DNA of 64,000 nucleotides from an uncultured Actinomycetes bacterium (GTDB lineage Bacteria > Actinomycetota > Acidimicrobiia > Spongiisociales > DATADW01), in NCBI GenBank assembly GCA_963824995.1, contig CAWGRK010000002.1, positions 124,001 to 188,000 of the forward strand, given 5' to 3'. Shown here in pieces: positions 55,469 through 64,000 of this stretch; the stretch's first letter is position 1, and each line of letters begins with the position of its first letter. Made by a program: the position numbers and the translations under genes. The notes under the pieces were generated by a model, which was not told the origin of the DNA, did not search any database, and saw nothing but the letters and a program-made list of their open reading frames with translations.

Positions 55469-56563
55469 TCAGGGCCTGGTTCGCCACCGGTCTTCCATCT
55501 TCCGCCATCCGCTCCAACGGCGCAGGATCCAACCGACCGGGCTCGTGGCGAGGCGATTGACCAGCCACGTCAGGTCGCCACGGGCAAGTCGAGCCTTCTC
55601 CAGTTCGGCTCGCCGTCTCTCGGCCTCGTCCTGGAGACGACGGATCACCTGGCGGCCTGCGTCCAGGTCGTGGCGAGCCTGTTCCAGGTTCCGTCGCAGG
55701 GCGGGGACCTCCAATGCGAGCCGGTCGTCTGGCGATGCGTTCGGCCTCGGAAGCCCTGTAGAAGCCGACCGCTGGCGGGCTGCTCGGTGAATCGCCGCTT
55801 GCCAAGATCTCCAGTTGCTCCCACGTCTCGTGCAGAGTTCCGATGAGGCGCTCGTCCGTCAGCGGTTGCGACCCAGGTCGAGATGCCGTGGCGTCGGGGT
55901 CGAACAGGTCGGTATCCGGCACCTGGCGCAACCTCATAGCCCACTTCTCGTTCAGGGCATCCAGGATTCGATTCCCGTCCGATAGAGCGTGGAACGGGAC
56001 GAAGCACCACGTCGTCGGGGTGAGCGGAGGCGAACCGGAGGAGAGCGCGGTTGTATTCGATCCACATGCGAAGGCCGAGGTCGGGCACGGTCCAGAAGCG
56101 TTCGTGGACATCGACCGAACCCACGCCGGCAGTCATCTCTTCGATGTGCCGTCTCTCGAGCGAGTAGGTCGCATCGGACCAGTTTCGGTACACGGCCACG
56201 ACACGTGCCTCGGGAAGAAGGTACTTCCACGCATCGAGGAAGAGGCAAACCCGAGGATCCTTGAATCCCCACGAGGTCATGCTGGTCGTTCCGAGCGTGG
56301 GCGAGCGTCTCCATCTCGGCCCAACGCTGTGGAGTGATCAGCCGCGTCAATTGATGGTCGAGTTGCCAGTTGACTCCGTTGTCCTCGAGGATGCGGTCGT
56401 GGAGCCGGACGAATTCGCGGTCCTCGAAGTGGCCGTATGGGTTCGAGGGAAGCGCTCCAATGAGGTCATCCCCCAGATAGAACCCGGCGGAATGGAGCAG
56501 CCGTGCCACGACCGACGTCCCGCTCCGGTGGAAGCCGGCGACGATGACGATGCTGCTGGTCAC
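55469..56563 (-). CDS. Sulfotransferase-family P-loop protein with C-terminal coiled coil
   Basis: VAGFHRSGTS, SNPYGHFED, WGFKDPR, YRNW..SL.RR, WIEYN; tail RRNLEQARHDL...ELEKARL. Confidence 0.8.
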
Positions 56564-56680
56564 GGTGGCCGCGGATCGTAATGCTGGGCGTCGTCGGGAT
56601 CAGGTCTGCCCGACCAAGACATCAGGTCATGCCTCGCAGCCCGGTCGGTTCCTCGAAAGTCTCGGTGCTGAGCGTGTCGG

Positions 56681-56686
56681 TACCCT
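56681..56686 (+). promoter_or_regulatory. Putative -10 box (TACCCT) of a leaderless transcript
   Basis: TANNNT 7 nt upstream of GTG 56694. Confidence 0.4.
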
Positions 56687-56693
56687 GATTGGC

Positions 56694-57326
56694 GTGATAG
56701 CCGCACCCAAGCACGGATTCGTCTTTCTCAGCGTCACCAAGACAGCATCGACCTCCATCGAGGAGGCACTCCGACCCTGGGGACAGATCATCACGCAGGG
56801 TGAGCCGCGCACCAAGCACCTCAACTACGGGGCATTCGAGCGGTTTGTTCAACCGTGGCTGGAGCAGCTCGGTTATCCGAGAGATACGTACGAGGTGGTG
56901 TGCGTAGTGCGCGAGCCAATCGACTGGCTTCACAGCTGGTGGCGCTTTCGGGGGAGGGAGGAGTTGGCTCGTCCCAGGCATCCAAGCCATGCGCAGTACA
57001 CCGGCGAGGTCAGCTTTGACGATTTCGCTGCCGCCTACGTTGGGGGCGATCCCGGCTACTCCCGAGTGGGCCGTCAAGCTCGTTTTGTCCGAGGGCAAGA
57101 CTCTGAGATCGGGGTGAACCGACTGTTCCGGTTTGAACAACTGGAGACGGCGCTCGACTACTTGGGGTCGAAGGTCGGCACAACGCTGCACCTCGAGCGG
57201 CGCAATGTTTCGCCGGACCGTCCAAAAGTGCTCGCGCCCGAGGTGGAGTCAGAGTTGCGAGCGTTCCTCGAACCCGAGTACCGGATCTGGAGCCTGGCCG
57301 ATGGGCGTCGACTGTCCGAGGCGTGA
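56694..57326 (+). CDS. Sulfotransferase family 2-like protein
   Basis: FVFLSVTKTASTSIE, KH, VREPIDWLHSWWRF, RFEQL, NVS. Confidence 0.8.
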   Translation: MIAAPKHGFVFLSVTKTASTSIEEALRPWGQIITQGEPRTKHLNYGAFERFVQPWLEQLGYPRDTYEVVCVVREPIDWLHSWWRFRGREELARPRHPSHAQYTGEVSFDDFAAAYVGGDPGYSRVGRQARFVRGQDSEIGVNRLFRFEQLETALDYLGSKVGTTLHLERRNVSPDRPKVLAPEVESELRAFLEPEYRIWSLADGRRLSEA

Positions 57327-57336
57327 CGCGGGACAG

Positions 57337-58477
57337 TCACGGCCTCTCTACTTCGATACCGATGCGGGCCAGCCGCTGGTACATGTGGCGTTGGTAAAAG
57401 GCTCGCTTCGTCGAACAACTCCAACTCGGAGTCGTCGCGCAGGAACCGGTGATCGGGCCGCACCCCCTCGTACTGGTTGTGCCACCCCCGCGCTCGCTCG
57501 GCTGGCGACCAGCGCGGTTGCCTTTCCTCGAGCACCTTTCGCATCCCATGACTTTGGGAACGAATCGGATAATGACGAAGTAGGAAGTTGAAGGGGAAGA
57601 GCATCCGTTCCCGGGAACCTGGCTTCGTGGCCACCGGTGGATGCCAGGTCGACCCCGGTCCCGCTACGCCAAGCCTTGATTTGGGTGAAGTGTCCCGGCC
57701 TGCGACCAAACTCGAAGTGGCGGAGGGCTGCGGTGACGTCGTCGCCCGGCACGAACGAGTCGTTGGTCGGTGGGTGGACGATGACGGTGTGGTCGATCGC
57801 GTTGTAACCCTGCCCGGCTACCCAAAACAGGGCGTCGGACATTGGCACCCCCGGCCACGGCGCCATGCGCCACTCGTCGGCATCGTGGTGAATCACCCAT
57901 TCGGAGTTGGCGGCTGCCGCCACCTCCTCGACCCTGTGCAGCAGACGCTCCCATTCGTAATGACGGGCCGGGCCGTCGGGGAACCGCTCGGTGGCGACCA
58001 CCGCTCGGTGCCTCGCCGCAAGCTCGAGAGTCCCGTCGGTCGACCAGTTGTCGATCAGATGCACCGAAAGACCCTCGTCGGCGGCACGGTCGAGTATCCC
58101 TTCGATTATGTCGGCTTCGTTGAACGTCGTCATCACTGCCAGCACCCGGTACCCGGGTGGAGCCATACCCTTTGTCGGCGGCGGCTCTCGGTCGACCACA
58201 GACGTGCGGCGGTGAGTAAGGCTGCGCCCTGGCTCGATCGCCGTCTTGAAATGGTGGTGCCATCCCTCCAGTTCGAGGGTCTGCTCAATCTCGGCGATGG
58301 CTTCGACCTCGCCCACCAGGTCAACTACTGCGTACCGACCCGCCTCCGAGCCAGGTGAGACGACGCTGCTCCACCGAGTAGCTGGCCGATCGGTCGCGGT
58401 GTGTGTCGCTCTGTATCCTGCCGCCGGTTCGCCGAGCCATCAGCTCGGCCAGAGCACTCGACAACGCTCCGGTCACG
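57337..58477 (-). CDS. Glycosyltransferase family 2 (start approximate)
   Basis: AVMTTFNEADII, LIDNWSTDGT, WVIHHDADE, TGGHEARF, LRHYPIRS. Confidence 0.82.
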
Positions 58478-58492
58478 GGTACGACAGACCGC

Positions 58493-59407
58493 TCAGCCGT
58501 CGGCTAACGCAGCTGAGCGCAAGGTCCTCCAGTCGGGTATCGAAGTGCGGCCGACCGAATCGATCACGTGTTCGGTCCCGTCGGTGGTGAACGGAACCAG
58601 GCCACCGACCAGATCCCCGTCGCTCAAGTTGCTGAACACGTGCCATTCGCGGGCCTTACGCTCCACCCGTGGGTTCTGGTCGAATGCGCCATCAGACCAG
58701 TTGGAGAATTCGTCTGCGTCGAGCCACTTGATCTCGAAGCAGGCACCATCGGGGAGCACCTGATGCGGCAGCTCGGCGGTGAATCGCACCACCTCCCAGT
58801 CGAAGCCCTTGGCGAAGAAGACCCCTTCGGCGTTGGGCCACCCCCACGTCTCGAAATAGCGCTTGGCGGCGTCGGCGTAGGCCAGTTCAGGTGAGACGAC
58901 ATAGAGCGGTACCCGCATCATGTAGACCCGGCATGACCGACCTTCGAGTTGCCAGGCGAGGTCGGCGAGGATTCGTTCGCCTTCCTCGGTGAGCAGCATG
59001 TCGCCGTCCCATTTCAGCGAGTAGGCGGTGCGCACCTGGGAGAACGCCCAGTTGTAGAAGTAGGTGAGGCTGTGCACCGAGTCGGCCGGGGTGTTGAGAT
59101 GCTCGGTTCCGCAGCGTGACACCGCGAACGGGTAGGTCACAACGTCGAGGCGGTCGGCGGCTCCGAGCTGAGCGGCGACGCTACGGGCGACGTCGGGGGT
59201 GCCGTCGCTCGACCCGTTGTCCACCACCAGGACCCGGCTCACCGATCTGAGCAGCGGCGGGAGGACGAAGGGGAGGTTGCGTGCCTCGTCCTTGACGCGT
59301 AGCACCGCAGTGAACCCGGGGTCGAGCTTGCCGTCGGACCACCCCCACTCCGCGTAGAACTCGGCCAGGCCCTCACGGTTGTGGATCGGGATGGCAGTGG
59401 GAGTCAC
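58493..59407 (-). CDS. Glycosyltransferase family 2, tandem paralog 1
   Basis: GFTAVLRVKDEA, VVDNGSSDGT, HSLTYFYNW, KWDGDM (DxD). Confidence 0.85.
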   Translation of the reverse strand: MTPTAIPIHNREGLAEFYAEWGWSDGKLDPGFTAVLRVKDEARNLPFVLPPLLRSVSRVLVVDNGSSDGTPDVARSVAAQLGAADRLDVVTYPFAVSRCGTEHLNTPADSVHSLTYFYNWAFSQVRTAYSLKWDGDMLLTEEGERILADLAWQLEGRSCRVYMMRVPLYVVSPELAYADAAKRYFETWGWPNAEGVFFAKGFDWEVVRFTAELPHQVLPDGACFEIKWLDADEFSNWSDGAFDQNPRVERKAREWHVFSNLSDGDLVGGLVPFTTDGTEHVIDSVGRTSIPDWRTLRSAALADG

Positions 59408-60291
59408 GAGGCGACTCCGGCGACCAGCTCGTGCCATCCTGGCACCGAGAGATCGCCGACCAACTCGATCACGTGGCGCGATCCGTCGGGGCTGAACGGG
59501 ATCAGACCCGGAGACACCTCGCCGCCACTCAGCCTGGCGAAGACATCGATCTCGCGTTGCTTGCGGGCGGTTCGGTCGGCTCCGTCCAAAGTCGATCGGA
59601 GACCAATGGGAGAACTCGTCAGCGTCGAGCCATTTGATCTCGAAGCAGACGCCGTCGGGGAGGTTCGATCCATCGCGCCGCCCCGCCTGGGGAACAGCTG
59701 TATCTCCCACTCGAACCCCTTTCCGAAGCGGAAGCCGCCCCGATTGGGCCATCCCCACGGTTCGCGGTTGTCGAGCGCCGAGTCCACCCATCCTTCTCCG
59801 CTCGGTGCCACGTATAGCCCATACCGAGGCACCTTGACCACGAGGCTCTCTCCTTCGAGTTGCCAGGAGAGGTCGGCGAGGATTCGTTCGCCTTCCTCGG
59901 TGAGCAGCATGTCGCCGTCCCATTTCAGCGAGTAGGCGGTGCGCACCTGGGAGAACGCCCAGTTGTAGAAGTAGGTGAGGCTGTGCACCGAGTCGGCCGG
60001 GGTGTTGAGATGCTCGGTTCCGCAGCGTGACACCGCGAACGGGTAGGTCACAACGTCGAGGCGGTCGGCGGCTCCGAGCTGAGCGGCGACGCTACGGGCG
60101 ACGTCGGGGGTGCCGTCGCTCGACCCGTTATCCACCACCAGGACCCGGGTCACCGATCTGAGCAGCGGCGGGAGGACGAAGGGGAGGTTGCGTGCCTCGT
60201 CCTTGACGCGTAGCACCGCAGTGAACCCGGGTTCGAGCTTGCCGTCGGACCACCCCCACTCCGCGTAGAACTCGGCCAGGCCTTCACGGTT
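58941..60291. repeat. 440-bp direct repeat pair (58941-59380 and 59852-60291), about 5 mismatches
   Basis: Base-by-base comparison by eye. Confidence 0.92.
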
Positions 60292-60318
60292 CCTGACGAC
60301 TGGGTTCCAAGCGCTCAT
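59404..60318 (-). CDS. Glycosyltransferase family 2, tandem paralog 2 (one indel near 59665)
   Basis: Same motifs as paralog 1; C-terminal half diverged. Confidence 0.85.
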   Translation of the reverse strand: MSAWNPVVRNREGLAEFYAEWGWSDGKLEPGFTAVLRVKDEARNLPFVLPPLLRSVTRVLVVDNGSSDGTPDVARSVAAQLGAADRLDVVTYPFAVSRCGTEHLNTPADSVHSLTYFYNWAFSQVRTAYSLKWDGDMLLTEEGERILADLSWQLEGESLVVKVPRYGLYVAPSGEGWVDSALDNREPWGWPNRGGFRFGKGFEWEIQLFPRRGGAMDRTSPTASASRSNGSTLTSSPIGLRSTLDGADRTARKQREIDVFARLSGGEVSPGLIPFSPDGSRHVIELVGDLSVPGWHELVAGVAS

Positions 60319-61532
60319 GCCAGCCTGCGGCGCAGTGGCCCCTTCAGCGCCTCGGGCACGAATCGTTTCAAGCCGACCGGAGCGGTTCGTCCCAGCCGCC
60401 CGAGATTCTTGCGAAGCATTGTCCTGGTGGTCGTCGAAAGGGGAGCCACCTCGGCGGGCTGCTCGGCAGAGCGCCGGGCGGCAGCCTGGCCCTGCCTGCG
60501 CCCGGCCCGCTCGGCCGCCAAAATGCTGGAGTAGGCGACCGCCTCCGACTGGGCGTACAGGTGCTGGTACTCCTGCCGCTTGACGTCGAGTCGGGCCAGG
60601 ACGTCGTCCCGACCGTCACCGGCATCGTCATGGCCGGCCAGCCTGGTCAGGTCGTCCCAGACTCGCTCAGCCAACTCCACCAGGGTCGCCGGGGCATCGA
60701 TCTCGTCCCAGCCCTCCGTCGATCGATTGAGCCCGGGGTCGATCAGAGCACTTACCGCCTGCATGTGCCGGAGGCGGACGGTTCTGAGGATCGAGAGGTC
60801 GAGCCGCTCGTCAACCTCGGCGATCGTACGGGTCCAATCTGACAGCAGATCGTCGAATCGGACCAGAGCGCGTCTTGCGCCTCTCGTGGCACGCTCGGCG
60901 TAGAGCATCGTGTTCAGCCATCCAGCCAGCCGATTGGGTGGGTTGTCGAGTGCCTCGTACCACCGCTGTTTGCTTGCCACCACCTGTGCCGGATGCCGCA
61001 GCATGGTGGCGAACCGGGGCTCAATACCGAGATCCTCGGCGGTTCGGCTCCACAAAGGAACGAACCAGAGCAGCCTGGGGTCCTTGACCACCACTTGCGG
61101 CGAGCGGTCGAATTGCTCAATCAGCCAATCCCGCAGCACGCGGCGCGTTTCGAGATCGTAGGCCACCTCGCCGGTCCGCGCCCAGACGCTCGGTCGGGCG
61201 TCGGTGGTGTGGACGGCCAGGCGGCGGAGGAGCGTGGTGTGGAAGTCGACCGCCCACTGTGGCTCGGCGAAGCCCAACGGGTTGGTCTCGTCGGCGGCGA
61301 CTTCCGGCTCGGGCACATGGAAGCCGAGGCGTTGGAGCGCTCCTGCGAGCACGCTGGTCCCGCTTCGCCCGGATCCCACCACCAACACGAGTGTCTGTGC
61401 TTCGGTGGTTTCTACAGACTCGTCGTCAACCTCCAACGCCGCCGAATCGTCTTCGTTCTCCGTAGCGTCGCTGACGATCTCAGTCCCCGGCGGTATGACG
61501 TCTGTTGTGTCTGGACCTGTCGGAACGCGCAT
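60315..61532 (-). CDS. Sulfotransferase family protein
   Basis: VVGSGRSGTS, NPLGFAE, VKDPRLLWF, LRHPAQVVAS, FDDLL; intact ORF. Confidence 0.85.
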   Translation of the reverse strand: MRVPTGPDTTDVIPPGTEIVSDATENEDDSAALEVDDESVETTEAQTLVLVVGSGRSGTSVLAGALQRLGFHVPEPEVAADETNPLGFAEPQWAVDFHTTLLRRLAVHTTDARPSVWARTGEVAYDLETRRVLRDWLIEQFDRSPQVVVKDPRLLWFVPLWSRTAEDLGIEPRFATMLRHPAQVVASKQRWYEALDNPPNRLAGWLNTMLYAERATRGARRALVRFDDLLSDWTRTIAEVDERLDLSILRTVRLRHMQAVSALIDPGLNRSTEGWDEIDAPATLVELAERVWDDLTRLAGHDDAGDGRDDVLARLDVKRQEYQHLYAQSEAVAYSSILAAERAGRRQGQAAARRSAEQPAEVAPLSTTTRTMLRKNLGRLGRTAPVGLKRFVPEALKGPLRRRLA

Positions 61533-61654
61533 CACCTTGCTCGGATTTGGGGCACGGCAAGGCTAGCGAGCAAAGGTGCAAAACGAGGAAACCCCGCATA
61601 ACGGCGCACAACCATCGGTCGGTACCATCCACTCGTGCCTCTCGAGCCGCAGCA

Positions 61655-63429
61655 GTGATCGTCGCACCGCTCCACGGTCTTGTGTTTCTCGCGCAGACCA
61701 AGTGCGCATCGACCGCAATCCAGGAGGTGCTGCAGCCGTTCGCGGTACTGGCTACCCGTCGCGATCCGCCGCTGAAGCACGTCCACTACCGCGATTTCGC
61801 CAAATTCTTCGAGCCTCTGTTGGACCGCTTCGGCTATCCACGCCGCAGCTACGAGGTGGTGGCTCTGATGCGCGAGCCGATCGACTGGTTGCATAGCTGG
61901 TACCGCTACCGGACACGGCCTGAGTTGGCCGACCCCGCCAACCCGCGTCACGAGCACTACGTCGGCGACCTGCCGTTCGAGGGCTTTGCGCATCACTACA
62001 TGGAGGGCGGTGGCGGATTCGCGGATGTGGGTAGACAGGTCGAGTTCTTGTTGGACGAGTCCGGGGAGCTCGGCGTCGACCGGCTGTTTCGTTACGAAGA
62101 TCTCGATCTGTTCCTCGAGTACCTCGAAGGCAAGGTGGGCCAACTACCCGGGCTTCCTGTAGTCAATCAATCCCCACCCCTTGACCTCGACCTCGGTCCC
62201 TCCGTTCGCTCGGAGCTCGAAGACTTCCTACGACCCGAGTACGAGTTGCACAAAGAGGCCAGTGGAGCACTCCGCCCGGCTTTGGCGCCTACCGAGCGGG
62301 CGGATGACCTGCCGCGTCTGGAGGGCATTTCGCAGGCTCGCGAAGCAGCGACGCCGCTCGTCGTCGTGATCGGGACGGGGCGGATCGCCCCCGGAGCCGT
62401 GACCGGTGCCCTCGAGAGGGACGGCCTCCCGCTCGCCGGCGAAGTCGCCGATGGGGGCTCGTCCGGCTCGGCCTGGCTGACGGATTTCCACGACGCGGTC
62501 GCACGCGAGGCACACGTCGATCTCCGCAGACCTCGGCCGCAGGCGATAGTCGAGTTGACCCGGCACCCACGCTTCGATGAGTGGGCCGATGAGGCCTTGC
62601 GCTGGTTGATGCCACAGATCGTCGAGCTCAGCCCGGTGTGCATCAATGATCCCGGGCTGACCTGGACGCTTCCGATCTGGGGGCAGGTGGCCGCGGCGCT
62701 GGACAGGCGACTCAAGGTCGTGGTGGTGATCCGGGATCCGGCCTCGTATGTTCGAGCTCAAACCCGCCGATATCGTGAAGAGGCGAGTTACGGCCGCCGG
62801 GTTGCCAGGTCGGTGGAGACCTGGCTGACCACAGCACTAGGCGCCGAGTGGGCGTCCCGAGGCTTCGACAGGTGCGTGGTCGCCTACAGCCGCCTGCTCA
62901 AGGATCCCGGCGTGGAGATGACGCGACTCAGGAACTCGATACGCCGCAATCCACCGGTTCGAGGGTGGACGGCGGAGAGGCCGAGCAATGGCTGCGGTCG
63001 CTCACCGACCGCAGCCATGCCACCTGGGATGCCATCGGCGCTTGGGCACCCCTCAACGATCTGGCCGACCGCGTCTATTGGGAATTGCTGCAAACAGCCA
63101 CCGAGCCGACAGGAGGGACCATCGACCCCGGTCATCTGGCAAGGCTGGATGAACTCGCCGAGGTCTACGTCTCCTTCTACTCGCGGTGGAAGTACGAGTC
63201 GATGCGGCCCGGAGCCCTGTCGCTGCCGCGACTGACCCGGGGCGATCGAGGGCCGGAGGTCGCTCGACTCCAGGCGCTGCTGAGCGCCGCCGGGTACGAA
63301 ATCGGTGTCAGCGGGGACTTCGACAACGAGACCGCAGGTGCGGTGCGCGATTTCAAGGAGCGCCATGGGCTCTTTGCCGACGAGGTGTGTGGACGGAGTT
63401 GCTGGATCGCCTTGTTGGGAGCACGATGA
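61655..63429 (+). CDS. Three-domain fusion: Sulfotransfer_2-like, degenerate P-loop sulfotransferase-like, and peptidoglycan-binding (PG_binding_1) domain; one indel near 62960
   Basis: LVFLAQTKCASTAI...MREPIDWLHSWYRY; VIGTGR...INDP...IRDP...YSRLL; LTRGDRGPEVARLQALL...GDFDNETAGAVRDFKERHGL. Confidence 0.78.
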
Positions 63430-64000
63430 CCACCCTGGACGGGAGAGGTCCCGCTTGGTTGGGAATCGGCGCCCAGCGCAGTGGAACGACCTGGTTTACC
63501 GACCTTCTCATCCAACATCCCAACGTCGCCCTTGGTACCAACGGAAAGAAGGAGCAGCATCGGTTACACCGAGTCGCTGTCGGTCTCAGACGACGCGGAT
63601 TCGTACTTGCGGCTGTTCCCCCGGGACCTACTGCGGGGCGAGTGGACTCCGATATACCTTCCGACCCTCTCGACCCCGACGACTGCGTTGCGTCTGTGCC
63701 GCGAACGATGCGCCGTTCCTGGTGCTCCTGCGGGACCCGTCGAACGATTCGCTTCCGCAATGCGGCTCCGGAGCATCCGTGGCAAGCGTTGACCACCGAT
63801 GTGGCAGTTCCCTATCACCAGTGGATGGGCATGTACGCCGAGCAGCTTGGAGGGGTGGGCTCGGGTGGTCGGCCGGGATCGAATGGTCGTCCTGGTATAC
63901 GAGGAGGTTGTCGTGATCCCCAGTCGGCCTGCGACACGGTGTGGCGACGGCTGGGGCTCACGCCGGTCGAGCTTCGCAACGTCGAGGCCGCGTCGCGCAC
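63426..64000 (+). CDS. Sulfotransferase (3' end outside window)
   Basis: WLGIGAQRSGTTWF, KKEQH, GEWTPIY, LLRDPVERFAS; ATGA overlap with upstream gene. Confidence 0.85.
   Translation, partial: MTTLDGRGPAWLGIGAQRSGTTWFTDLLIQHPNVALGTNGKKEQHRLHRVAVGLRRRGFVLAAVPPGPTAGRVDSDIPSDPLDPDDCVASVPRTMRRSWCSCGTRRTIRFRNAAPEHPWQALTTDVAVPYHQWMGMYAEQLGGVGSGGRPGSNGRPGIRGGCRDPQSACDTVWRRLGLTPVELRNVEAASR

Noticed and set aside
58493..59923. 476-aa fused GT2
   Set aside because: This is an off-frame read-through from paralog 2; paralog 1 starts at 59407, overlapping the paralog 2 stop.
58941..60291. Diversity-generating retroelement TR/VR pair
   Set aside because: The mismatches are not adenine-specific, both copies are coding N-terminal halves, and no reverse transcriptase is in the window.
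1..64000. Mass pseudogenisation or programmed frameshifting
   Set aside because: Single-base indels hit nearly all genes, including housekeeping lpdA, tkt and lipA, with no in-frame stops or motif decay. This is typical of long-read consensus error.

Overview
High-GC bacterial DNA, probably an Acidimicrobiia-type actinobacterium. This is inferred from SLH-like repeats with 'GCNPP..FCP..VTRGQMA', a LipB-LipA fusion and TANNNT leaderless promoters. Single-base indels break most genes, so this is probably an error-prone long-read assembly, and I joined gene models across frameshifts by eye. The window holds: (1) a surface-glycan locus at 1-22.7 kb with GNAT, two GT4, epimerases, a CapD-like dehydratase, deacetylases, rfbF/uxs-like/ugd/rfbC/SAF oxidoreductase, four alpha/beta-hydrolases divergent from an ACP plus sulfotransferase, and a Wzz/CpsD-like copolymerase whose C-terminus resembles the C-terminal domain of the BREX methyltransferase PglX; (2) a Dpp/Opp-type ABC transporter with a divergent PNP-family enzyme; (3) two large secreted PQQ-sugar-dehydrogenase/PKD proteins flanking lpdA-sucB-lipBA, plus an M23-SLH protein and an M24 peptidase; (4) a PAPS supply operon (sat-cysC, SLC13 transporter, cysQ) beside wzm/wzt, three GT2 genes and many sulfotransferases, suggesting a sulfated cell-surface glycan. 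Non-coding structure includes a dispersed ~150-bp palindromic element, oriented 7-bp tandem arrays, a 52-bp repeat pair, a 3x14-bp tandem repeat and a 440-bp near-identical duplication. No rRNA, tRNA, CRISPR array or transposase was recognised.
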